Translations under genes and position numbers: made by a program
NCBI GenBank assembly: GCA_002633005.1
Contig: NMRA01000063.1
Span: forward strand, 1,144,457 to 1,208,456
Origin: Phoronis australis
Taxonomy: Eukaryota > Animalia > Phoronida
Direction of reading: 5' to 3'
DNA: 64,000 nucleotides
Notes under the pieces: generated by a model
Database searches by the model: none
What the model saw: only the letters and a program-made list of their open reading frames with translations
What the model was told of the DNA's origin: nothing
Shown here: positions 51,901-62,299 of the stretch, in pieces
How the letters are laid out: each line of letters starts with the position of its first letter
How positions within the stretch are numbered: the stretch's first letter is position 1

Positions 51901-54900
51901 CTTCACTTTGTTCTCTGCATATCATCTGGAAATGCTCTCACACAAACGGCCACTGGGAAGTGTTGCAATTGTCGAAACCAACCAAAAATGTAATGGTGCT
52001 GGGGCAATTTCTTCATATACATAGTGTCTAGTTTCAATGAAAAAAAAAATAATCAAATCCGTCAATCGGTTCTTTAGACGTCATCCAGAAGTACTATTAA
52101 CTGAAACAATACTTGAAAACCCTTGTTGAGAAGAAAATGGACACAAGGAGGAGCTGCAGTGGCAAAATCTGCCCAAACTGGTGCCGGCATATTGCCATCA
52201 CATGCTTCTGTGTTAACTGTCATTGAAATCCTTCACTCAGTTCCCTGCATATCATCTGGAAAGCTCTCACACAAAATGGCTAGTAGGAAGCTCTAAAAAT
52301 CTAATGGTGGACGCAAGCTCATCATATACCTTAGTCAGTGTCAAGTTTCAATGAAATCCTTCATTCGGTCCTTTAGATATCCAGAAACGTTCTTCTCCCA
52401 AATAATACTTGGAAACCCTTGTTGAGAACACAATGGCCACTAGGAGGTGTTGCAGTAGTCCAATCCACCCAAAACTTAATCGTGACAGCACATTGACATC
52501 ACAAACCTCTGTGTCACCTTTCACTGAACTCCTTCACTCCGTTGGTGCACTGCAGTAGTCGAGTTTGCTGGCTAATTCACATGATATACCTCTGTGCCCC
52601 GCTGCACCACCCTGCTAGACCCTAGAGTCAGGTTTCTAGCCCCTCAGCTTGGTTTTTAAAACTATATATGAATAAAGCAAAAAAGGTTCCAGTTGCTCAC
52701 GTATCGTACGACATGTACCAGACCGCCTGCCATTATTTTATTCTGTGTCAAGTTTCAGAGAAATCCACCAACCGGTTCTCTAGATGTCATCCGGATACAC
52801 TATTCCGTCCAAAACAACACCTGAAAAGCCCTTGTCAAGAATAAAACAGCTACTAAGAGGTGCTGCAGTGGTAGAATCCCTCCAAAATTTAATGGTGCTG
52901 GCGTATTGATATCACATACCTTTGGCTCAAGTTTCATCGAAATCCATCAATGTGACCTCTAGATATAATCCAAAAATGATTTTTTCCAAAAATACTAAAA
53001 AAGCAACATCCCCGGATCCCATGAGGTGGGGCACACTGAAAAGTGGCATGAACTGTTCTAGTGATGCCCTACACACTTGTGCCAAATTTCATCAAAATTC
53101 AACCAGGGTTTTTTGAGATATCGAGCCGACACCCACACATATAGACAAGACTAAACGACGACAATACGTGTGTGAGAGTGTGTGCATGTTTGGCTCCATA
53201 AGAATATATTGCTACTAAGCGAAACATTGCACCGTATTTGGCCACATGGAGGCACTGCAAGTTAGAAAATGTGAAGCTGGTGTTGTGCTCTTACCAATCA
53301 AGTCAATTGTGGCTAAAACCTGTGGATTGGCTTTGAAAATTCATAAAAAAGATAAAAAAATGAAATTGTCACTGTGAGTCAAACCATTAATCATCTGAAT
53401 ATTGGCTGACCATGACTTGTGTTGAATTATAACGTGTACGCGTAATTTTCTAAAGACGGACCAAAGACCTCGGCAGATAACAACATAATTACATTTGTCA
53501 GAATTGTTTGAAACTTAATGGGTGATGTCATCTCTGCAATACAAACATTGGTGCTACAAATCATTAAGACCCTTCACAGGGTTAAGTAAATAGAGATTAG
53601 CAGGTCAAGTGATTTCTACTTACTGGGCATAAATAGATGTACCAGTGATTTCAGACATGCTCTCAGATACACTGTATGCGCAGACACAAGGTTCAACAAG
53701 AAGGACTGGTACTCATGCACAAATGATGGTTCTCGCTGTGACCACTGTAGTTTCTGTCAATGTCATCAAATTTTAATCAATATCCTTAGAACTGAATTAG
53801 AAATAGTTAAACAGACAAAATGATAGAATTCTTCTAACAGGAGATTTTAATTGCTCAAGTTTTTGAAAATGTATCTATCAAGATATAAAACCTGAACTTA
53901 TTAATTTGCAGCTTCTTGACAAACATTTTGTTTTCTTATTTTGTGCACCAAATTGATACATTTGTTGTATATATGATCGTCACATAGTTACACAGAGTGG
54001 ATGAGGTTTCAAATCTTGTCATGTCTGATAAAATCTTGTATACAAACATTTCCAAATAAATGTTCAAAAAGCAGCATTCTCAATGAAAACAAGCACTGGA
54101 CAAACCTTTAAATGATGAGTCAGAAGTATTTCAAAAGACGATGTGATGAGACTTCTATACTCTCAAGCAAAGAAAATATGACAATCTCTATCTCAACTAT
54201 CGACTGTCTTGCTTGTTATCCTGAGAACATGACTCTAAATTTGCAAATGTTCATCCAGACAAACTAATACAGAAAGATGTTTTCAAAGTTGTACTGACAT
54301 ACCAATATAACTCCAACAACATGTTCATGTTCCTTTGACAACATTGTGACACACTCTCGTAAACCTTGGAAGTGGGAGATCAGGATAGTAGACTAAAAGT
54401 AAACAAACATGAACTTTAAGAAATCGATAACTGTTCTCGTTTCATGCCTCACAACTTCATAAAGTTATGAAAAACTCGTGTCACTTGAGCATAAAATAAA
54501 ACCGGCTGATCATAGGGTTTTGGAAACTTTTGTCATAGAATCAAACACTGTTTTTATAATGGAGTCTGCATGGAAAATTAAAACAAAACTTACACACAAG
54601 GCATGAACATGATAAGTAACTAACTTCAGTTGCCATATGGTGGAGCCACATGGTGGACTACTTTTCCATAGTATGAACTAGATTTCAATAATACTTCATT
54701 GCACAACAACCCCGGCTGATGGCACAACGAAGTGCAAATGTGTCATCAACATATTTAAACAAGAGTAACACAGAGGGCTGAAATGCGCCCACCAATGCAC
54801 CGAAAACGGTGTGTTTCTAGGGGTGTTATTTGTATCATAAAAATGGCCACTAAATGGCGCAAATACATCGACACTATCCGAAAACGGGAACAGGCCATCG

Positions 54901-57900
54901 TTTTAATAGAAAGCTATTTATTAAAAAACATACAAATCTGTAATGGAGCTTCATAGAAACAGAAGAAAACTGAAAAAATGAAATTGCCACTAGGGGGCAA
55001 AGCATTCAGTCCGATCCATCTCAAAGTTGTCATCCTCGTTGTCAACTTCATATGAATACACTTGCTAAACTTAATAAACATCCTACAGAGTGTTTAGAAG
55101 ATACAGCCATGAGCGCAAAAAAATGAAACTGCCACTAGCAGGCGCCACAGTAGTCGAAGTAGTCGGATAATCATCACCAGCCATCCTCTTCATAGCAAGA
55201 ACAAACATGCCAATTTTCACTATCATCTTTCAAATGGTTTGGTTGATAGAGGGGCAGACACCAAAAAACAAACTCGAAAACAGTAAAAATGGCCACTACT
55301 TAGCGCAAAATACCTCAAATCCATCCGAAAAGGGGATGGTAGCGTCATCTCACTAAATGCCTATAACTCAAATTTTATGAAAATCTATCAAGGACCTTTG
55401 AAGATAGAGGTAAACGTAAAAAACTAAAATTGTCACTACGGGGCACACCAGTAGTTGGATCTGTTTGAAAGTTTGCTCATGCCGTCGCATTCATGAAAAG
55501 AACACATGTGCAAAATTTCAAACGTAATTCAAAGGGTTTTGGAGATAGAGCAGAGGACGCCAGACAGACGGACGCCAGAAGGACGGACGCCGGACAGACG
55601 CTGGACGGGGATGACAGCATAATGCGTCCACATATAAATATGTGGGTGCATAAAAATTGCCACTAGGGGGCACACCGATAGTCCGATACATTCGAAAGTT
55701 GTCTTCATTTCGTTTCAATTTCATATGAATACACTTGCTAAATTTAATGAAGATCCTGCAGAGAGTTTAGGAGATACAGCCATGGGTGAAAAAAACTGCC
55801 ACCAGGTGGCACAACAGTAGTCAAGGTCTTCGGAAAATCATTGTCAGCCTTTCCCTTCACAGCAGGAACATACATGCCAATTTCCACAATCATCCTTAGA
55901 GTGGTTTGGTTGACAGAGGGGCAGATGCCAAATAACAGACTCGAAAACACTAAAAATGGCCATTAGGTGGTGCAAAATACCTCTAATTCAACAGAAAACC
56001 GGAGGATAGCATCACCTCACTAATAGATGCCTATCTGCGAAATTTTATGAAAATCCGTTCAGGGCCTTTAAAGGTATAGAGGTAAACGTAAAAACCTAAA
56101 AATGCCACTAGGGCGCACACCGGTAGTCCGGTTTGATTGTTAGAAGGGCGGATGCCAAAAAACAGACTTGAAAACAGTAAAAATGGCCACTAGGTGGTGC
56201 AAAACACCTCCAATCCATCCGAAAACGGGATGATAGCGTCATCTCACTAATATATGCCTAAATGCCAAATTTCATGAAAATCCGTTGAGGACTTCCGAAG
56301 ATACAGAGGTAAGCGTAAAAAACTAAAATTGCCACTAGGGGGCACACCTGTAGTCCGAGGTCCGAAATTCGTCGTCATCCGTCGTCAGCTTCATAGGAAC
56401 ACATCTGCCAAATCTCATCAAGATCCTATGAGGGTTTAGGAGATACAAGATACAACTGCGAACGCTGGACACCGGACTATGGATGCCCAGACAGAGATGA
56501 CAGCAATATGCGACCACATATGAATATGTCGGCGCATAATAACCAGCATGAACACAAGGTTTTGAACATTAGATTTTGAAAGATAACACTTCTTGACAAA
56601 ATTAAAACACAGTACCACTGGTTTGAAACCTTTATGTCAACTAACACTCTACCACTGCGTTACTTTCAAAAAACACACGTCAAGCTTACCTCTGTGTTGG
56701 GGTTATTCAGTTCACTTATGAATACGTCAAAGTCTTTCCGACTTCCCTAAAACACGAAAGCACATTTTTTTTAATGACAAGTCATTTAATCAGGCTACGA
56801 GCCTTAAATCAAAATTTTATCTTCCCAATAACTCAGTGTTTTCCACAACCACTTTTAACATGATGCAGCAACCGGTTTGGCCGCATTCGCAACCTGTTTA
56901 AATGTCCCATAACTGGTTTAAGAATCCCACGACCGGTTTAAAAAATTAGCGACCAGTTGGTAAAAAGGCATCAGCATCCTCAAACAAGTCTTCATTGGTT
57001 CAAATTACCATTGAAAACAACTGGCCATAGCCCACTGAAACTGAATAAACGTCAAGTTGTCACAAGCCTAATCCATGATCTCACTTACACAGCAGTCTAT
57101 TTATTATGTAAAGTAGATTGTATTGTATTGTATTGTATTGTATTGTATTAACTTGTATTCGTGATGGTAGACTCAGATATTGTGTAGTTTTTACAAGAAT
57201 TCTGGTTGTCGAGAGGTTTAATGTCGTACCAACTTAAAGGAGAATGCCACCTAAAAACAACGTATTTTGTACCAAATAGATTGAGAAGTTCCATTCGATA
57301 ACAGCACGTTCAGTTCTTTTATCTGACTCCAGACGGCAGACGAAGGTGTTGAAATTAACCAATGACATCACAGATTCTAACACAGTCGGTCAGCAGTTCA
57401 CAAGATGCTTACTAGTGTCAGCCTATCGCTTCAATTCATCATTTTACACCAATAAATCATCAAAATTAGATGTAAAACACTTACAAATACATATAGTTTT
57501 TTAGCAAATGAGTCATTTTATTTCACTGTTACGGATTTATAGAAATTTTGAATGTACTGTAGCTTACAAAATTCGGTAGGCCAACTTACTGAGCTCAGTC
57601 ATGGGAAGTCTGGATTGTGTTCGGTGATAAATTCGAATTATTCCGCCGTGAAACGCAGATAGGAGAGCATAATCGTGTGTTGTAGTTTTAGACTTGCGAA
57701 GTTTTTCAGTTCTAATTATACAAAATGCTCGTTAGAACCCAGTGGCTCAGAACCCATCGCATGCCAGACTGGAGACATTATGAACATAAACCAGCTGCGT
57801 TAGTCGACTGCCAAAATTGAATAATTTTGGTGAATTCGTCGTGAAAATTGCAAATCTACTTACTCGTCGGGGGCTGCAAAGCCAGGCTACCCTTCCACAG

Positions 57901-58996
57901 AACTGTGCACGGAAACGGTGCAATAATTTGAATAATGTATATATATCTGTATAAAGATTCCCCTAACATCTGACTACACAACATCTTTCTGTTGGGCAAA
58001 CACTGAATTAGCATGCGCTCACACAAGCAGCGGCCGCATGGTCCAAATTAGTTTTTTGTATCTGAAGCCGATTTCTCAAAACATTTGCATTAACGAACAC
58101 TCCTAATATTTTATAAGGCAAATTTACAAATTGTATTCTATTGACAGAAACTCTGACACTTTCTTTCAGCTTGATATAAACATTGGTTAGGGTGAGAATA
58201 ATTCATCTTTAAACAGAACACTGCACAAGCGGTAACGATACGCCACACCAGCTGAAGAATCACCAACCTCGCTGCGTCATGAACTCACCAGTTATCACGA
58301 CACCTCTCCGCGAGGCAGGGATCGACTTTATACGAGCTGATGTGGATATAGACTGTTAAAACAGTAACAAAAACTAATTTAATTTGGGTGGCATTCTCCT
58401 TTAAGAACGTCGACCGGATTCCTAGAATGCTGTGCAAGACATTAGACAGAGAAAACGTAGATTTGGCTATCAAGACATACAAAAATTCAACTGCCTGGAT
58501 TTACCAAAACACTTCACATGGACTGTCTGGACTGTCTACTTCGTGGGAAGACAGGACATTGCTGCTGAAAAGTTCACCTCTATATTAGACTTTGTGGACT
58601 TCATTAATGTTGACATCACAAGTATTGAGTAAAATATTTCCACTGTTTTAACAAACTTCAATTTTAAAGCCATTGACAAAAGAAATGGTTTTATATGTGA
58701 TATATTTGTAAATAAGTCCATTGTCATCTGTTTAATAATAAAAACTTGAACATACACAGTTATTTGTTTGCACTACTGTGCATTACTGATGGAATATGAG
58801 AGTAAAAATGAGGCACGCACTAGCATGCAGAAAACATTGACTGTCACGTGCTTCCAGCATGTTTGTTGCCATTTTTACGAGTGTGACCTGCTTAGATTTT
58901 CAGATGTGGAGAACACTGTAACTCAATAGAATCACATTATATACTTACGCTTTCCAGTTTCTTCAACAGAGAAGCAACACCTGTTTTGTTGGCCAT
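30800..58996 (-). CDS. RRN3: RNA polymerase I-specific transcription initiation factor RRN3 (TIF-IA), 16 coding exons, about 594 aa
   Basis: Exons join in frame (1785 nt, GT-AG throughout) and give RRN3 hallmarks: NLVSAHTVYL, FPFHGRD..LECYVKN.L, LLPTYASSHVQFFIFY, RQAAVSYLSSLIARG, HGTFYSVCQAIFYVFIFRH, LNPLKMC, IIERNNR, LDEFFPFDPYLL. Confidence 0.95.
33905..34053. mobile_element. Second copy of the palindromic MITE family
   Basis: ctgcctcccgttgagtaacgctaggacctcgctaaaaagcaagacttcgcgagatt matches 12539 onward. Confidence 0.7.
35838..36400 (-). pseudogene. Decayed YqaJ/lambda-exonuclease-like ORF (DNA transposon relic) in the last RRN3 intron
   Basis: Colinear motifs with stops and frameshifts: EWTKIGFKQLTAAN (36388-36347), FHTPLVLDG, YLTATPASLVGEDGL (about 36133-36089), VQGQILGT..VVFTVKNLFVDFI..MPKLDLF/YKRFY. 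Confidence 0.7.
37279..37354 (-). CDS. RRN3: RRN3 exon 15 (SSAFISPIYRVYSGNVEDLEVDEME)
   Basis: 76 nt, ttgtag|...|gtagtt. Confidence 0.88.
37574..37720 (-). CDS. RRN3: RRN3 exon 14 (QHQLAFCDTIIERNNR...LDEFFPFDPYLLI)
   Basis: 147 nt, tttcag|...|gtgagt. Confidence 0.95.
38625..38733 (-). CDS. RRN3: RRN3 exon 13 (GFKFVQSLNFQSIVTCRLNPLKMCLPIVVKTFASIT)
   Basis: 109 nt, tttacag|...|gtattt. Confidence 0.95.
39125..39300 (-). CDS. RRN3: RRN3 exon 12 (TVTASVDLMCEWVHRY...HGTFYSVCQAIFYVFIFRHKELLETKK)
   Basis: 176 nt, tttttcag|...|gtatat. Confidence 0.95.
40352..40482 (-). CDS. RRN3: RRN3 exon 11 (PLVEGFIDYLWKKVQ...RQAAVSYLSSLIARGTFVQL)
   Basis: 131 nt, tttccag|...|gtaagt. Confidence 0.95.
40695..41425 (+). 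repeat. About 26-29-bp purine-rich minisatellite
   Basis: aatagagattacaggacaggaacaaaacag variants. Confidence 0.95.
41748..41878 (-). CDS. RRN3: RRN3 exon 10 (DVLDWEATKQLYRELLQVFENILLPTYASSHVQFFIFYVCSFKQ)
   Basis: 131 nt, cttcag|...|gtgagg. Confidence 0.95.
42532..43183 (+). repeat. 41-bp minisatellite, about 16 copies
   Basis: tgtcacattcaaagggtcatatggactgaggtagagcaata. Confidence 0.97.
43355..43499 (-). CDS. RRN3: RRN3 exon 9 (DTEDLSS...AHKLDILLDLFYQYIKQSCFKQ)
   Basis: 145 nt, tttttcag|...|gtagag. Confidence 0.9.
43760..43918 (+). repeat. Degenerate about 31-bp tandem repeat
   Basis: tatttatggtaccagtggtatggttagttaagg variants. Confidence 0.7.
44283..46277. mobile_element. Non-autonomous hAT-like element, about 2 kb, in an RRN3 intron
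   Basis: Perfect 15-bp TIR CAGGGACTCATCTAG / CTAGATGAGTCCCTG; 8-bp flanks CATGACAG / CATGACCA. Confidence 0.82.
46593..46691 (-). CDS. RRN3: RRN3 exon 8 (VRCSRKEIAEAEENESENGEDEEDDEDHVIFQM), acidic loop
   Basis: 99 nt, ttgaag|...|gtatac. Confidence 0.88.
46716..46975 (+). repeat. 56-bp dimeric minisatellite (29+27-bp subunits), about 4.5 copies, about 25 nt upstream of the RRN3 exon 8 acceptor
   Basis: taaaatagcgacatagtaacaactgtgag / taaaatagcaacatattaacacctgag alternate. Confidence 0.93.
47320..48685 (-). mobile_element. HINE-like element in an RRN3 intron
   Basis: aacaagaccaacacggagcattgaaat terminus; ccactagggggca units; cacatataaatatgt hairpin end. Confidence 0.7.
49087..49255 (-). CDS. 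RRN3: RRN3 exon 7 (TPSVLLPLLTDLFPFHGRDVYLLECYVKNVL...ERLTKID)
   Basis: 169 nt, tatag|...|gtaagt. Confidence 0.95.
49541..49641 (+). repeat. 48-bp tandem duplication
   Basis: caaatggtgttgtctgactattactgtgtcatcaatacttatgaatat x2. Confidence 0.92.
50308..50425 (-). CDS. RRN3: RRN3 exon 6 (DVDVASPEEELVECETRLKDECAFMNVHAVLKAISNIVP-M)
   Basis: 118 nt, tttcag|...|gtaggt. Confidence 0.9.
50541..53180 (-). mobile_element. HINE-like element of a second subfamily with a different internal tandem array
   Basis: Same aacaagagcaacgc terminus, but the units read gccactaggaggtgttgcagtagtc...tggtgcc...cattgatatcatatacctctgtgtcaagtttcattgaaatcc; related sequence lies inverted at about 60960-61680. Confidence 0.6.
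53295..53330 (-). CDS. RRN3: RRN3 probable 36-nt micro-exon 5 (TNPQVLATIDLI)
   Basis: Long T-rich tract plus ttttcaaag|, donor G|gtaaga, phase 1-1, open frame. Confidence 0.6.
53624..53753 (-). CDS. RRN3: RRN3 exon 4 (KLQWSQREPSFVHEYQSFLLNLVSAHTVYLRACLKSLVHLFMP)
   Basis: 130 nt, gacag|...|gtaagt; NLVSA motif. Confidence 0.93.
54303..54392 (-). CDS. RRN3: RRN3 exon 3 (STILISHFQGLRECVTMLSKEHEHVVGVIL)
   Basis: 90 nt, ttttag|...|gtatgt. Confidence 0.88.
54758..56540 (-). mobile_element. Nested HINE-like copies in an RRN3 intron
   Basis: aacaagag terminus at 54758; hairpin termini at about 55625-55655 and about 56510-56540; (GGAC) tract at about 55555-55610. Confidence 0.72.
56690..56746 (-). 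CDS. RRN3: RRN3 exon 2 (GSRKDFDVFISELNNPNTE)
   Basis: 57 nt, ttttag|...|gtaagc, phase 0-0. Confidence 0.85.
57117..57150 (+). repeat. (TATTG)n microsatellite
   Basis: attgtattgtattg... Confidence 0.9.
57238..58400. mobile_element. Non-autonomous Kolobok-like DNA transposon
   Basis: TTAA on both sides (57234-57237, 58401-58404); TIR AGGAGAATGCCACC / GGTGGCATTCTCCT, starting with purines (RR). Confidence 0.82.
58949..58996 (-). CDS. RRN3: RRN3 coding exon 1 (MANKTGVASLLKKLES)
   Basis: ATG at 58996-58994, donor gtaagt. The exon acceptor (ttttgtattctag) is at 59018 with an in-frame TAG before the ATG, implying an upstream non-coding exon. Confidence 0.75.
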
Positions 58997-59329
58997 AATC
59001 TCCAAGTTTGACTAAAACCTAGAATACAAAATAGCGCCTGAATTTGCAGTTGTGACAAATTTCTACTTTCTTACCACGCTGCCATTTTCTAAGGCAATGT
59101 CATACAATAACTGGACCAAATCTAAAAATTGCCCAGATCAAAGCAGTATTACATGAAAGAAATTTGTGGAAGTGAACAATCCACACATGCAATCTATAAA
59201 TTCCACTCAATTCATACTGAGTGTTTAGAAGAAAGACACAATCATGACTTCTTGGGACATTGCAGATGGTCCTTCACTGACTTGATGGAAATGTTTTCAT
59301 TCATTGTCCTCTGATGCCATCCATTTAAG

Positions 59330-60020
59330 CATAGTACCTCTAAGCTTCTATCATTGAATTCTCAAAGTCAAATAACTCGAAAACGGTAAGTCTGAGAAAT
59401 ACGCTCTCGTAGACTTTTTGAAAGGACATACTTCAAGGAATCCACATGCAAAAATTCACGTCATTTGCTCTTCCCATAAAAAATGCGACACCAGAGCGAT
59501 TGAAACCGTGTAAACATGCGCCACAGCCGCCATCTTGAAAGTGACTTACGGTCCAATAATTTTTTATAAAAGCTTATTAAACCCAACAAACACGTGACCA
59601 GTTTGAAAGTGATTGGTTTGCAATTGCGCCCTCTACGTTTTTAGCCATATTTCGGGGTGCGCATGCGCCACGTCCAATACTTCCGCCATCTTTAACCGGA
59701 AGTCAACGATTTTCTGCACAATTGTAGCACATGCGTTCTAGTATATCCCTACCGATTTTCAGCCATGTAGGTCAAAAAATGCGGCCTCTACGAGTATTTG
59801 ACTGTGAAATCGGATACAAAATGGCCGCCACGTCCGCCATTTTGCATCCGATCATGACCAAAAACAATAGCATTCCAGTGATTCCCGATCTACATGTTGT
59901 GTGCAAATTTCGTGAAAATCAGACGAAAATTGCGACCTGTAGAGAGCGAACAAACAAAAAAAAAAACTTGCTGTCAGACCAACATACTTGGCGGAATTCT
60001 GGGAATTCCGCCAAGTAAAA
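59330..60020 (-). mobile_element. Third HINE-like family fragment ending in a perfect 15-bp hairpin
   Basis: TACTTGGCGGAATTC-TGG-GAATTCCGCCAAGTA (59985-60017) followed by an A-run and preceded by an aacaaac tract; left boundary approximate. Confidence 0.5.
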
Positions 60021-60024
60021 AACA

Positions 60025-62151
60025 GCGACTAGGAGGAATATCTCCTTAACTGTGTGTGTTCCTATGGAGCCAACAACAAACGGTAACAAATGTCAAACTA
60101 ATCCAAATACCACAGTGCCCCCTAATAGCAAAATGTCCTTTATCTTTACCTCTGTATCTTCGGAGTTTATCACTGTATTTCCATGAAATTTGGCAAATAA
60201 ATTTCTATTAAAATGACAATGCCTTCTTATTTTCGATCAGATTTAATGTTTTTTGCACCACTTGGTGGCCATTTAATTTTTTTTTGTGTATGTTTTTGAT
60301 GTCTGCCTCTATCTGTCAAACCACACAAAGTATGATTATGAAAATACATGATTGTGTTCCTGACGCGAAGACCCTGGCTGATGTTGATTTTCGGATGTTT
60401 TTTTTATAAAACTAGGGTGCCTTCAGGGCAATTTTGCTCTTTTGCATCTAAGACTGTATCTCATTAGGGCTGTTCCAGCAAAATCCCTATGGGAAGGGGG
60501 GGGGTGGGACAGCAGATGAATACCCTCTGAAAAATTCAAAACTTATCAAAAATTCATTGACAGATAGCCAGTGCACAGGGTGCTATGTACACTATGCCAT
60601 TACTCAAGTCATGGGCTACTTGATTTCATGCATATGTTGTACAGTCATATTAGAATGAAAATTACTGCAACGCTGAACTGGTTTTATCACATTTAAGAAA
60701 TTGATGAATTTTTAAATAAAAAGTATGAGCAATAAGAAAGACAAGTTCCAATATTCACTTGGCATAGCAGCTTAAAAGCGTTCATGGAAACATTTTGAGA
60801 TTCGTAGATTCTTGAAATTGAAAAAATCTTATTGAAATTTCAGAGACACATGGTGGACACAGACACCAGGTGGCTGCCTAAAGTATTGCTCACAGGTGTC
60901 TCTGTAAGCAAGTTTGTGATAACTGACACGAGTTGTGATCTCACATAGAATTTTTCTGCACTCACAAAAATTTTTGTGGTTGAATAGTCGGCATCCCGTA
61001 CGTACCTTCGTGCGACTCTCGATTGGTCGGTCTGTCAATATCATTTCTTGTCCGTCAATTATCTCAAGAACCGCTTGGCGGATCATGATGAAATTTGGTG
61101 TAGAGGTAATTGGCGTGGATTCACCAGCACCAGTTCATTTTTGGACGGATTTGGTTACCGTGGTACCCCATGTTGGGTGCTTTAGTTTTCGACAAGCCAT
61201 TCCTTATGCGGCGATTATCTCAAAAACTGCTCAGCGGATCACAATGAAATTTGATGCCGAGGTACATGGCAAAAATGTGTCCGCACCAGTCAATTTTTGG
61301 ACGGATTCGATTACTGTGGCACCCCCTGTTAATTTTTGACTACTCAAGGCATTGCTTGTCATTCGATTATGACTTGAAACTGCTAAGAGGATCACGATGA
61401 CATTTGCCATAGAGATTGATGTCTGGTATGCGCCGGCACCAGTTGATTTTTGGACAGATTTGGCTACTGTAGCACCCTCTGTAGGCCATTTTAGTTTTTG
61501 ACAAGTTGATTATCTCAAAAAGCACTAGGCACAACAGGATGAAACTTGGCACAAAGATATATGACAGGAATGGATGCGCTGATGGGTTCTGATTCGACCA
61601 CCCTCTTGGCTGCTTTAGTTTTTGGCAAAATTCAACATGACAGATAGTTCTTGTCTGTCGATCATCCAAACACTTAACGGGACATCCTAGAGGCGATTTA
61701 TTTACAAGTGTTGCATTTTATATTTCAATCGTATTAAAAATTATGGGTCATGGATTGGAGAAATCAAAATATGGGTGGTAGGTACAAAATGAAAGTGCCT
61801 TCAGCCCTCCCATACAATTTTTGCTGGAGCAGCCCTTAACCCTTTGAAGGATCTTTGCAAAATTTGGCAGATGGGCATCTATAGAAATGGCAACAGGTGA
61901 CGATAAGTTTTAGACCAAACAGACTATAGCTGTGTCCCCTTGTATCAATTTTTTACGTCTGCCTCTATATCTTTGGAGTTCCTTGCCTTCTCTTCATGAA
62001 ATTTGGCAATAACTGTTTCACAGAGACGACGCCAGCTTCTAAATTCGGATTGGTTTGACACATTCTACGCCATCTAATGGCCATTTTTATGATACTCAAC
62101 ACACCAATAGAACCCCATTGGCTGCCCTTTAATGCTCGACATTGTTCTTGT
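60025..62151 (+). mobile_element. Degenerate HINE-like element hosting the Harbinger MITE
   Basis: Family units on both sides of 60467-61835; ends cattgttcttgt. Confidence 0.55.
60467..61835. mobile_element. PIF/Harbinger (Tourist-like) non-autonomous element with a nested repeat fragment
   Basis: TSD TTA (60464-66, 61836-38); TIR GGGCTGTTCCAGCAAAA / TTTTGCTGGAGCAGCCC; the host repeat resumes after it. Confidence 0.8.
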
Positions 62152-62299
62152 AGGGGCCACTTTTTTTACGCCTTCAGGTCAGGTGGGGCCCCCTATTGGA
62201 GTATTGGCCTATGCCTATATGCTCGAAAATGAATGAATTTCTTGCCTCAGTCATTTTAATATGAATAAGTCAAAATGATGTATTCTTATTAAAATGGGT

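Noticed and set aside
54113-54224. C/D-box-like ATGATGA/GTGATGA...CTGA
   Set aside because: Antisense to the host RRN3 transcript, with no terminal stem or recognisable rRNA guide
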